Shown in pieces: positions 23,578 to 41,615 of a stretch of DNA of 64,000 nt. The notes beneath the pieces were generated by a model, which was not told the origin of the DNA, searched no databases, and saw only the letters and a program-made list of their open reading frames with translations. The stretch lies in contig OZ281497.1 of NCBI GenBank assembly GCA_965637545.1, positions 15,376,001 through 15,440,000 on the forward strand, read 5' to 3'. Each line of letters starts with the position of its first letter. The first letter of the stretch is position 1. The DNA comes from Phallusia mammillata (Eukaryota). Position numbers and translations under genes: made by a program.

Positions 23578-26500
23578 TTTTTGAATAAATTATTTGATTA
23601 TGCTTCAGTTTAACATCGTTTGGAATTACTTTATTTTAGAAACATGAAGTTGTTCCATATCCTTTTTGTGAACTATTTTGAATATTTACTCCAATAGAGA
23701 TATAAAGATATGTTTTTATAGTTTAAAGGTTGCGAGTTTCAAAACGAGCATAAGCTTCATACTCGGATTGGATAATAAACTATGTTTTGGCCACTTGTAG
23801 CGGTAGTGAGCTTGTTGTCGTTTATACGTTACAATAGTCATTGTTTTAAGTGCCTCGCGACCCCATCGTCCTTCGCCCAGTTCCCATCGTGCGTGAGAGA
23901 TTTGCAAGAAGATTATGATCCCTCGCAATGTAAACATGGTGATGCGAGCCCGATAATCTGCATTGCTTTGCACCGCGATAAATCAATTCGCCACTTTGTC
24001 CGTAGCCAATTAGGCGCAAGCGACAACGCACTTGCCTGGCTAGGCCGGATTAGCGATCTTGTGATGCTAAAAGCGCGTGGCCCGAATAGCGTTTATTGTT
24101 TTGGCCGTGTGCGTGCGTGTATATACTGATTAGGCAATATGCTTAAAAGCCCAACGACACACAGTGAAGTGATCAAGATATCGAACCCTCGAGTCTGATA
24201 CAAAGTAATGAGGGCACAATATGCCGTGAGCAGATTAGAATGTGGCATTAGCGGATCGCGAACTTGGGACAGATGAATTATTGGTAATCGCTAAGTAACG
24301 CTAACATGTCGTACTTCATTTACTCCCCGGAGACTTTTAAATTGACTTCAAGCTTTATTTTCGCTGAAGAAAAATAGTCGTCAAGTGTGTGTAATGTAGG
24401 ATCAACCCATGATGCGGAATATGTCATTTTTGTCACCCAGACCCATATTTGTTTCTTCAATCTCTCCTTAACAAGACACACCTGGCGTCACACGTCGCAT
24501 GCAGCCGCTCTTCGTTTGATGAACGTTTCTTTAAGAGATCCATTAAATTTTGGAGGTTTCGTTCAGTCACACGCATGTATGACAAATTTAACTACTCGTG
24601 ACAAATTTACCACGGCAGCGCTTGTTAAAATTCCCGGTGGTAATCAGTCAACACGGCACAAGATCGTCTTGTTTGCAAAACAATGCTCTACGCGGGTTCT
24701 GCCATGTTTTGGGAAAGCCTGACAATCGCTGGCAACGGTAAACGAAGTGATAAGAATTCCCAAAACAGCGATGTGGTGTCTATAGCAAAACGTATTTAAT
24801 ACCTTCCATTGTTAAATGCCACGAATGTATTTGTTTAGTGCAGAGATGCAGAATTGAATGGGGACATGTGAGCAGTGGACACCGTATAGGTCACGTGTTT
24901 CTCGGGGATCGGTCATGACGATTGTAATAACAATTAAGCTGGTTGCGGCGTTGATACGATATTATTTGCCAGGCAATCGGGTATTACGAAGCAAGCGCCG
25001 GAGCTCGCATAATCCACTCTGCGAACACAAATAATGACTTTGTAGAGATTTTGAAAAATTAACTCGGAGCGCCTTCTGCATGACATTTGTTCGCGGGCTG
25101 CCATATTGTACTTGACAGCGATTCCACAGTGTCGAAATTGATTTTATCATCAGAGTTTCGAGAAAATGCTGCTCATCTGTTCTTATAGTGATCACAAATA
25201 AAAAGCACCGATATATACGTTTTTCTTGGAATATTTTGTTGTTGTTTTGTTTGACGAAGGTGTCTGTAGCTTGCTTGTCTGAGTGGCAAAAATATTTGCA
25301 CAACGGGTTAGTTGGAATAAAATACCTCACGGCAATTTACTAGAAGTCGCCTGCACAAATATTAAACCCCATCTTTACTGAGACAGTGTTTAATTATTAA
25401 TCAAACACGATCAATTCGACGATCATTAATCTCACAAATATTTGCCTTATGCGAGGCGTTTGTCACATCATTGCCCTACCCTTTAGCGTACAAGTGTACA
25501 GTCCACTGGTCAAGCTGCTCCACACTTTACCTCATGATATTTTTTTAAAAACTGCATGCTTGCGAAGTTTAAAATTGTCACGTGACCTTGTGGTGGTGCG
25601 CGCGAAATTTAAAATATTCGTTGGTTGGGGGTGGCATTGAATTACCTTATAGTTAATGATTTTTGGTGGCTTGTTGCATTTGAGCCAGGCAAACCCTGAC
25701 GAGGAAATAGAAAATCTCCGTTTATTGCCTCCTTTCTTTGTTAAGCAGTATATGCAAGCATTTGGTAAAAGAGTTGTTGCGCAGCTGCTGCAGCAACGAG
25801 CCGTCCGTCATGTTGTTACGACGAAAAAGTAAGGCGTAAAACGAACTTATATGTTTGTGAGAAGGGATACTGACCCACCATCTCCTAAATTTGCTTCCTG
25901 AATCCACTTTTTCTAGTTACTGAAAAAACCACTCAAAGGAAAAATTCCTGGACCATTTAATGTGTATTATAACCAACGCTGGAAAGTTACGTCATTTAAA
26001 ACGACTTGCGACTCAAGAGGGCTGGGTTTTAACAATCGACAAAGCGAAGTAAAGAATATTTCCGCGATTCCTGGAAGCCCAATAAGGCGATTGCGTCGAA
26101 TTTGCCGCCTTAACGCGTTGGTAACGGTAACTTATGCCCTGTTTCGCAACGTGGTTATGTTGCGCAACGATATTTAAAACAAAAATGCGTGCTCGCAACG
26201 TCTGTGCGAAAATCTTAATTATCACGCAAGATGCAGGTGCGTGCTAAGCCGCGCTGGAACACCTGAAGTCAGATGTCGGTTTATCAATTATTTGACTGAC
26301 TGATGGTGGATATTTGTGTTTCATGTTGACACGAGATGCATCATGTGAGTAATATAGAGATCCACAAATCGATCATTCTTTCCTTTGGCCTTTACCTAAA
26401 TTGTTCAAAAACGCATGTAGCACCACATTAGTTACTTTCAAATTCCATTGAAACATATTTTATCGCTGGGCTATATGTGTATCACAAACCTAAAGTTTTC

Positions 26501-29500
26501 CACTGCCACGACCAAACACCTCATCGGGGTTTTGTTAATTCTCGGAAAGGTCAGCTGTTGTAGGGACAGAAGTCCTGCGTAGAAAGCAATACACCCAACA
26601 AAAAGCGATCCTTTCGACAAATAGACAGGACACACACAAGTCATCGTGCCTTACCTTACTGAACAGGGATTAGACTGGCCGTTCATTGGATCTCATATCG
26701 TGTATATGCGTCAGAGTCACAACAGTGATGATCCAATACACGCACGGTTTTATTATATCTTTGGTCACCACGATGTACGTTTTTACGCACGAAAACTTAT
26801 TGTCACAAATATTTACGCTCGGCAAAAACATTTATTCCAAAAAAGCATATTGTGCGTCATTGTAGACCCTGCGATGGAAACATCCAAGAAGGCGAGTTTT
26901 TTTTACTTCCACACCCGTATACCCGGATCTTAGAATTTATTATCTGCCTCTTGACGATCGCGACCGAGCGCGGATTTCACACGTAGCACTGATCAGAGCT
27001 GAGCGTCACCCAAATATCGCACCTGTCCCAAAAACAACAAGTAGCGAGAGCGCGACAGTTCGCAAAGCGGACATGTCACAACACAGGGGTTTGACAATAT
27101 CCGAATTGCATAATGAGATCAAGCGACTTCGGCGAACAAAAACAATTGTAAATTTCCACAGGCAGCGGCGATTGCAAACGGGGACGACAAATACGTACGA
27201 AATTGCTTCCCATTGTGCACGCAGGCACTTTCCTAGTTTCCGGGCAAGCCGGTGGAAGCGATTAAAACCGGGTCGGTCCATCGCGTAGCTCTGCCAGGTC
27301 CCGATATCCCTTCCGATGTTCTCACGGACATGCCAAAAAATGCCCAATCGCCTTCGACGGAGAGATCCGTCTTCTCGACAGCTTTCAACCGCTTTTCCCT
27401 GCGCGAAGTCTTTACGAGAACAAGTGTCCAGTCGAGCAACGTCTTGCAACGCGCGTTGTTTTTAGACCGCGTCGCCCTTAGATGGACCCGCCCCAAAATA
27501 AAGACGTTTCATCTGGGAACCTGTAAAAAATATCGCGCGCCGCGTTTTCCGAGTTTGAATGATAACGGTAAGCATCAGATGCTGGGAACTGGCAATCCAA
27601 TTCAAACAACTAACCATTCGAGTGGTGTTGATGATTGTATTGTGTCCCTCTTCACAAGACGTTTTCGCGCGGTGGAGGCGTCGACGCAAAATAAGCGTTT
27701 TTAGGGGAAAGCATGCTTTCCTTTTAAAAGTGGTGCGACAACGATAACGTCTGGTTTGTGATGCCCCGATAATATTCAAGTGCTCCCGGAGATGTTCCGT
27801 TTCTACGCGGCAGAGCGTTGGAGAAAGGAAAGTCGAAAGTTTGACCAAAGTCTCCCGGGCCGGGCGAGAGTGATCAGATAATTACTTCAAGTGGTCGGTT
27901 GACCCGTGCTTAATCCCGGATTCGTAGATATGCAGTATTTGCACGCGCTATCGCCAGCCGCCGTTGCACGTGGACAAACGGTTTCGGCTGTGACCTTGTC
28001 ACCTCTGTTCTGGCACGGCCGTTTGCATATTGCCTCCACAAGTGGTCCACTGAACAGTCAGAAAAGGTCATGAGATAATCACTTGCGAATAAATCGACGG
28101 TTTGTCTAAACATCACGTTTGCACAATAGTAGTCCTTCGCCTGTAAGCGAACATTAAAAACCGTTTCCATTGACCCCGGCATGTTTTCGTTCGCAGTCTG
28201 CGACACAAAGACGTGCGACTCGTAACGGCGAGTTTAAACAGGTGGAGATTTTGCCAAGTTGTGATTTTTGCCGGCTTAAAAATTCGCAAATGATCAGATA
28301 GTGACAACGGTTAGCTGTGGCGGCAACAAAACTCAATATTACGCATGATCAATAAGCACTCGAGCTCTTTTGTGTGGGCTTCTTGGCGACGCGCATTCGT
28401 CGCATTGTAATTTCGTATCGGAATGAACCAAAAACGCAGAGCGAGTTGAAAAAGTGAACAGGCTAGTGCTACTTGATGACGCGATTCCAACCGGGAACGG
28501 AGACAGGTAATCCGTCAAACCGATGTACTTTCTTATCTGACCAAACATTTGTCCGAGTTAGCGCCCGCTTGGCCCAAGCAGAATGCTCGTTGTTTAAGAA
28601 GTTGAGCAATCGCAGTGGACAACAATAACATTAGAACGGTATGCAGCACAACTGTAAAAAAAACATATCATTAAATAGTTGCCACTACATGGTAAATATC
28701 TTTACATGAAAGAACAATAAACTCTTACAACAAACAATTTTGCATTTACTCGTGTTCCCGTATTTTCAGACAAACAGCCGTTGAAAGCAAGCCCAATAAA
28801 TGCGAAAATCTTCTGTTAGTGAGGCGACATGGCACTGATCCAAACTTGCCCCTCCCTGTACTCGTTTTGGTGATCCACTTACCCAAAGGTCGCCCCGCAA
28901 GAATGCTTCTGCTAGGGTCTGTTCGGAGTATTTTGTTCCAGAAATTGAGACTCTTGGCTCATTTCCATGAACAAATTTTTGATTCTTTTTTTAATGTTTG
29001 ACAGAGGTAGAAAAATCGCTATATATGTTACAGGTTTTATATAGGTGTCATGTGCATGCTCCCGACTATCCACGTAGCAAACACAATTGTTGAGCAAAAC
29101 GTTTCACGGTTGCATTGCATGCCACGAGCCCACACATGCTTTTAGTTTCGAGGCCAGGATGTGAATATTGGTTTACGTTTTGCGGTGGAGTAGGGATGCT
29201 CAATTGTCTGTTGTAAGCCAAACCGCAGACGCCGCGCAACTCCAAACCTTGACACAGTTCCAAGGTTTTCGTACGTGTGGCCCCACCGCTAGACAACTCG
29301 CCGGGAGCTTAAAAAGCCAAGTTCACGTCGGATGACTGAACCGCAAACTACGCTTACCCAAGCATTACGCGACTGAAGTGCATGCGATGTTCATTACTGC
29401 CGTGACCCTGTTACTTCCCAGGATGGCCCAGCAACAAAAACACGTAATACTCAGAAGAGATACCGAAGCCGCTTCCGTCGTCGAAGCGAAATTCTGCCCC

Positions 29501-30650
29501 AGAGTTCTGGCAAAGTGGCGTTGAGGTGACAGGCACGACCGGCAGACGATTCGGCACGAATTTGCGGTTATGGCAAAGACAGTCACATGTTGGTAATGGG
29601 GTCGGGCACAAATATAACAACGAACAAGCTCAGTCTCGGGACCGCATTGCTCGCATAGGGGCGGAGCAGACCTGTGTCTGTGTGAAATATACAAGCGCGT
29701 GAGAACTGCTTTTTATCATGGTTTTACCTGTTTGTAGACGTGCTTTGGCCAAAGAAATTGCTCGGTTGCTCTACTGTGTGTCTGAAATCGTATCAATAGT
29801 AAGCATTGGATTACGTTCGAATAAACTTTCGTTTCGCGCACCAGGCACATATATAGTTTGTGTTGGAATTTGTTCACTTGCAAAAGATATTGATCAATAT
29901 TGTTGTCAATATTTCTTGAATTACAATCAACTTTAGATGGCGCATTGATTTAATAAACGACAGCGAATGTTGACTGGATTTTGCGGCTGCTTGGCGTCAA
30001 CGAACTTTTGTTATCTATTAAGATATTGATTCGAAGTGCCCTTGTGGATTTTAGCGTAAACTGTAGTTAAATTTGGATTCAACCGCGTCAATTGTCACCG
30101 TCGCGCACCAGAGATTACCCGTGCGACGATACAGCTCCTGACGAAAGGTTGAATCGGCGCTTGTCTTAACATTTGTCTTTGCCCGGAGATAACGCGAGAA
30201 TTGCCAGAGCCGTCTGGCAAAGTTTTGGGTTTGGATTCCGTCAGCGATTAGCAGGTTGACAAATTGCCAAAAACAAGAAATTTTTCGCTACCCTTGCTGA
30301 TGTGGAGGGTCACGGCACGCGACTTTTTGCCGCCTGGGACATGTTCGAGACATCTGGTGATTGACGAGCAGGTTTCAATCCACTTTAACATGTTGACACG
30401 TATACTTGAGTGAAGATTGATATAGATTCGAGATGTGCTATTGTTTTTTTTTTTTGGTCCACTGTTGATCGTATTAGGTATAAAAATGCATTGTGCTAAT
30501 TTGTGTGAATACTGACCAGCCGCCAAGGGAGATTTGATTGAATAAAGCGTACAAAACGATATTGAGCTCATCTCCCACTAGGGAGTAGGGAATATTATTT
30601 CGAATTGTTACGCAGCTAGCTTACGGCACGGGGGCTCATGGAAAGGCCCG

Positions 30651-30717
30651 AGAATAAGAGAGAAGGAGTGGGAGAGGGAGAGGAGAGATCGTCTGGAGAA
30701 AAAGAGAATAAACAATA
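30651..30717. repeat. Purine-rich (GA) tract upstream of Prdm3/16 copy A
   Basis: Almost only G/A over about 65 nt; any promoter role is unproven. Confidence 0.5.
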
Positions 30718-32016
30718 AAAGCCGGGTCCGTTCCTTCTTCTAATCATCACCAATAAATCAGGACTACCGCGCAAACCGTCAGATCACAATATTGTAAGCT
30801 TGGCTCTGTCGCAAAAGCCAAGGCCTTGTAGCTTCAGGTTCGTGTTCAAAATTTTTGTGGCGTTTACTTCGCAGTGTAAGTGCAGCAAAGCAGAATAAAT
30901 TAGAATAAAGTAAATACCAGACCAAATTAGTACAGACAGTGCAGTTAAAAAATACGCACCCAGAAACGTTGACGAACGTCAGGTACGCAATATTAAAAAT
31001 TGTCAACATCGTTGCTTTTAGTTTGCATTAAAAGTCTGCTTTAAACTGTTTTCGGGGTAAGATGTTTAAAACAAATCGCGCGAAGTGCAATCCGAATTTA
31101 AATGAAATTTTTGGTATGTTGACGAAACTTCACGCTATTTTGTGACAAATATCACCAGTAAAGGGGATCACTTTTCAAAACATTTTTTATGCATAATACG
31201 TTTGTCATTATTTGTTTATTTTGAGCTAAATTTAAACTTTGGTTAGTTTAATAAATTTAAATTTTTATGCATTGTTAGAAAACGCTGTTTTAATTTCTGT
31301 TGCGTAGTATCGATAAGTATACTGGTCCCTACCTAAATCGCGTGCTATGGCTTTTCTAAATCACATAACATGTACAAAGTTAACAAAAACAAAAACAATT
31401 AAACATAATTAATCTAGAAAAACGTAATAATTACATCACGGAATTCAGTGGCAACAAAAATTCCATTAAAAATTGCGTCACGTCGTGAGAAATGTGAAAT
31501 GACAACCGAACAATTTCTCAAGCCTCGATTCTTCCGGGTTGATTGGGAAACCGGTGCGGTGATTTCACCTGAATATGAAGCATCGCTTAAGATTGTCGGG
31601 ACGTAAGACGTTGTGTTGACAGCAGACAGGGTCTTCGCTTTCATGCGACAAACTCATGGTGACGAGTGCCCGGCGATACCACCATGACAACTTTATACAA
31701 TATTCGCCATTGTTTAAAATATCGCCGATCATCGTTATGTTGTTACGATTTTCAACACTGCGCAACTTGCAATCACAGTTTACGGGAGCCACGCGTAAAA
31801 TCCTTTGTATCAACAAGTCTGCAGACCTTGTAAACAAAATGGCAGACAACACCAGGCAAATCCTATTCCCTGGTCGTAGTCTACTAACGATTCTAAGTAC
31901 AAAAAACTTAATTCCTATAACCTTGTGAAAATGTTCTTGGAATATCGTGTTTGTATTTACTTAATTTACAGATCGATTTATGTTTGCAGAGTTTCAATCA
32001 ATTGGTTTCTAAAAAC

Positions 32017-36795
<4,779 letters not shown>

Positions 36796-38587
36796 CGAAC
36801 TAACATGACACTCACATCAACAAACAAAGTCTTTAGTCGTTTGTGTGTTGTGAATTTATACTGTTTTAAGCGATATCTTGCCAGCACCTAGGCCCTAATT
36901 CGTTAATAACGCTTATGTGATTTATACGATATGCATACGGTTATTTATTGGCGTTTTATCGGCGTTGTTTACCGAAGAATGCTGGTTATAAGTTACCTGT
37001 TAATCGCCTCTTTGTTTGTCAGAAGAGGGTTTACTGCTCTCAACCTACATGACAAGGTATTTTTACGCCCCTTCCTCACTGCTTATGTACATTGCATGGA
37101 GCTCACACGTTCTATTTATTCCGAATACTGAACGCTTGCGTTTTGTTGTAGTTCTCGTGAACATTTTGTCCTGTGATGTGCAACACTGTAGGTTTTGATC
37201 TCGAAAATATAAGAAAAAAAGCAGTTGCAAAAATTGATTTTTTTATACTGTTCTTTGGAAAGTATATGCGGGGTTACTTAAAAACAACTTCTACATAGTC
37301 GTTTAGAACTAAACGTTAGTGTAGTTTTATTACTATTCATTTTCGTCCCCTTTGCTACAAGGGTCAAGTCACGATACTCAAAACACATACTTATGTGTAC
37401 ATAGCGTCACTTAGTGGCCATAATCCAGATCGGTTCCTAAACAATTAGGCTAAAAATATTCTCACAGGAATTATATAGCCTACAAACAGCACATCTGGCC
37501 CATATTCTAAAAGTATAAAAGCATGAAACATTTGAGTAAAGACTTTGTCTTTATTTGAGTTACTGAGTATAACTTGTTGGATGAAAATATAAACAAACAC
37601 TCACAAAAGTGTATTTCCACATACAATCAACACAATATTTTAAAAATGAAGTAACTTATATTAATAAAGATTGTTTTAATGTCACTTAAAACGTGTCATA
37701 AAATACTTATAGCTTGAAACGATTTTATGCCGCCCAGCACTATTACTGAGATTCGACCAAACTTTTATGACAATTTTACGTCTCTTTTGTTTTGGTCGTA
37801 CGACTTTTGACAGTTTTCGATATTAATTAAAAAAATTACGCTGTAGTCTGTTTCGAAACGCTGGTTGTGGGTTGTAAATGGATTTTTTTACTCTACAACT
37901 GCACGTAGTCATGTGTTCCCTTCGTTGGGCCAGCTCACAGCAACTCCTGCTCAAGTTACGTCTCCTGTCGCAAAAGCCAGTGGTTAAACTTACAATGAAA
38001 TAGGAAGAACGAATCTCCCCTAGGTGTCAAAAGTGTCCGACAGCAAAGTCCCAGCTAAAGGAGAATGAATGTTTGTTGTGAGCCCAAAAAACAGCGGGCA
38101 AAGTCTCATTAAAGTGCGACTACAAAATGGTCGTAAAACTGTCATATCAGCCCCTGTTACACTATGTTTATTGGAAAGTCGTTCCAATTACGAACATCTC
38201 TTATCTTTTCTGTGGCTTTTTACAGTTCTGGTTGCTATGTTTAGTTTTAACATTATCTGTTGTTGATGTTTTGGTCGCTAAATGTCTACATTGATGCAAT
38301 CTTACTAATCCGTTGTCTTGGTTAATATAGCGTACGAGTGAGCGTAGGCCCAAGTCTGCATAAAGCTACAATTTGGAACTGCCGTGATATTACTAAAAAA
38401 ATTATACCAAGATGAAAGCCAATACAATTATGTGACAAACATTTTTTAACAGTATACCATAATGAAGCAAGAATTTTAGTAAAAGTATATCCCTATTGAC
38501 AAAAATAATTTTGTACAATCGCTCAACCGCGACAAGCAGTCACCCATGCGTTAAGGTTTCGCGGCTGTTGGTTTTGTTTCCAAACAG

Positions 38588-40206
38588 ATGAATGACAGTG
38601 ATTTGTTTGTAAAGAAGTGCTTGGCAGGATTTTGCCCACAATTAAGCAACTCGTCATTAACCATGAACGTACACCATAGATATGTCCGCCTTTTCCCCTC
38701 ACTGCTGGGAAGTCCAAGGTAGGGCTGCTGTTCTGAATTTCATTGACCCTTTAAAAGCTTTTGCTGTACTCCTGTACACATTTATTTAGTTGTAAAAAGT
38801 GTTTAATAGTCTACACGATGTGATGATTTCCATCGTTGGTTGTTTTTAAAACCTTTTATCCCAAAACTTCTTTAGAGCTGCCCTTTTTTCTCAAGACTCT
38901 GCTGAGAAACTATATAGCCACCAAAAGCAGGCCAAATCAAATAATTGTGCTACAGACCTTGAATCCAATCCCTACTACCAAAAGTATGCAGACAAGATAA
39001 ACAAACTCAAAATGTAAGTAATTCAGTGTTGGAGTAGTTTAACTAATGAGTACTGTGATTTAAAGCCAAGCTTGATTATAGGTCCAATTCCAAAGAGTAT
39101 GAAAGACGAATAAAGCTGATGAATGAACAACAGGAGGTATACAAGTGTAAAAGGCGAAAAAACAATTTGAATAAATGATACCTTTTTCAAACAGAAACCA
39201 TCATCACATTTGAACAACACTAATGTTAAAAATCCAACCAGTACATTTGACCAAGTCAAAGAAAAAGAAGTCCAGTCCAAGGTTTGGTAAATGAACTAAA
39301 CTTTTCCAACCAAATCTTGGCTATTTGTTTATTGTGTCTTATAGACAGGCAAAAGGAAAACTCTTGACTCTATTTTAAAACTTGAATTAGTAAACAGTTT
39401 AACAGCAGAGGAAATTGGTTCTTTGTGGGTTGATCATTATTCAAATAAAGATGCTGTAAGCGCAATCATTCCAAAGGATGTTTTTCACATACTTCAGACA
39501 ACAGCTCAAATGTATCCCCTTGTAAGTTCAAATTTACCTGTTTGCTTAAATAAATTTCATTGTAAATTATCTTATGTAATTGATTCGTATTGATTACAAA
39601 TTTTGCAGTTTGTGTATCCAGTGCCCAGAAAGGATGGGTATGAAATGTTTGTTGGACAATTTGGATCCAATGATTTTCATTTTACATCACTGATTAACTA
39701 CCAAAGACATCAAGAAAATGCACCATCACAACTTACACTAAATCATTACACTGAGTTGTTGACTGAAAAGGGTACATATACTCTCTATTTATGTCATTGT
39801 GATAAGAAATAATACAAAATTATGTTCTTTTTAAAACGATAGTTTATCATCATAATTGTGAAAACTAAATAGAGAGTTTACAGTGAACTGACTAAAAGTG
39901 TCTAGACTCTGTAATATCTTACCTATTGGAACAAGGTCTAAATGCGTATTTTATAAATTTAATATTATGGTACTCTTGAATGCAGGAATCGTGTTGATGT
40001 CGGCAATGGTAACAGATGATCAAATATCGGTACCAGATGCACAGTTGTTGTCTTATCTCGTTCAGTATTTCCATACTGAGCATCCAAAGTTATTACGGGA
40101 CTTCAATTTTTCTCCCAAAGACTTTGACTTTCAAACGATTATTGAGGCTATGAATTCAGGTCTTGCTGCAAGGGCAGGCGTTTCTGTTCATAATGAGCAT
40201 CATTGA
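38588..40206 (+). CDS. ATPAF1: ATP synthase mitochondrial F1 complex assembly factor 1 (ATP11 family), 7 exons, ~323 aa
   Basis: Exons 38588-38718, 38876-39013, 39082-39136, 39195-39281, 39345-39521, 39609-39771, 39986-40206. Motifs LESNPYYQKYADKI, KTLDSILKLELV, TAEEIGSLW, PRKDGYEMFVGQF, HFTSLI, SQLTLNHYTEL, KGIVLM. Confidence 0.9.
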
Positions 40207-41401
40207 TGTCATTTATTTTAATAAAACTCGCGTTTTTGTGTTGAGTCCTTTTTGCCTAGAAACTATGCGCAGACTCTTTAGACAGGAGATTTAAATAAAA
40301 AGGCTTTCGATAATACTGTTTTTAGGACGGCATGGCGAAACTTGCCGAATTCACGATAGGGTGCTTTGGTAGAAGTGTTTATAGGCTATAAGTAGCGCCA
40401 GTAAAGTCGAACATTTGTAATTCAGTGACCATAACAATGCAACGCATTTCATAAAAGATTCATTTGGTTCTTTGTTTGTGATACGCCTGGCAAGATATTC
40501 TTCCGTTTTTGATTTACAGTAAAGGGGTGACGTCACAATTGTGAAGTAGATATTACGAAACTGATACGTCAGGTTCTCAAAGGAACACCGAAAAGTTTAA
40601 CCCAGTACATTGTTCTTGTTACAGTATATTTATTTTAGCTAAACACGTTTGGCGGAAATGTTTTGCTCGACACGCACGAGGGAAAACGAGAATAGTAATA
40701 ATATGGCTTAGAATTAGGTGAGCTACAACCTATATAGCCAAGAAAACTTAGTTGAATAGTCTGTACGAACACAAACAATAGTTGTTTGAATCGAGGAGGT
40801 AAAGCATCCTTTTCAAATTGTTGTCAATTATAAGCGCTACCTAGGGTTCATTATCCATTTAGTCTTACAATAAATGTAATTTAACACGTTTGTTGGAAAG
40901 TCCAATGCTCTTACAGCTCCTTTCCATACTATAATGTAGGCATGCGTTTCTCAATAAATCGATTACGAAATTCTGTTAAAATATCGCCACATGTATGTCA
41001 TTAATAAGCACGTTAACCTATATTAGCGAGAGCACACTGCAGGTTCCGGCAAAGCCACGAACTCCAATCAAGACCAGCAATGTTGCGGCGAGCCGGACTA
41101 ATTTTTCATTATTAATTTACATTTTGTTTCCACTTTGATCTTTACATTGTCTATAAAAACCAAACTTTAAGGGTAAAACTACCAGCAACCGTAATGCAAT
41201 GTTTTCAAAACCTCGAATTTGAGCATCACTTAACGGGTAGGAACAAAGTTATCATGTTGTTTGTCTTGTTTGTTTGTGTCGATCGTAGATGGATCGACAA
41301 AAGTCAAGAACCAAAACAAAAACATTCGCATGGACACACGAATAAAGCACTGTAACTAATAGATTTATTTCGACCAAAAAAGCGAAGTGACACTATTGTT
41401 G

Positions 41402-41615
41402 TAGGGTTGCGAGCCGGACGGTTTTGTTCTGTGTACAGTTGTAAATCGGGCCGGGTTTGGGTTCGGGCCTGACTTTACATTCTTTGTCTGCATTTTTTTA
41501 AATAAAAATTACCTAGCTAAGTTGCTAGTTGCTGAATTTAATCTAATGTCCAACAGCCGGGCTTTAGACTTATACTTTCGGGTTCGGGCCGGGTTCTCAC
41601 TCCAATTTCGGGTCT
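41402..41615. repeat. CGGG(T/C)-subrepeat element, probably a non-autonomous transposon remnant
   Basis: Clustered GC-rich motifs CGGGCCGGGTTTGGGTTCGGGCC, GCCGGGC, TTCGGGTTCGGGCCGGGTTC and TTCGGGTC in AT-rich flanks. Similar motifs occur near 51230-51360. Confidence 0.4.

Noticed and set aside
29365-29694. Minus-strand ORF with PHD-like CxxC spacing
   Set aside because: His/Cys spacing does not fit C4HC3, the start is not ATG, and no partner exons were found.
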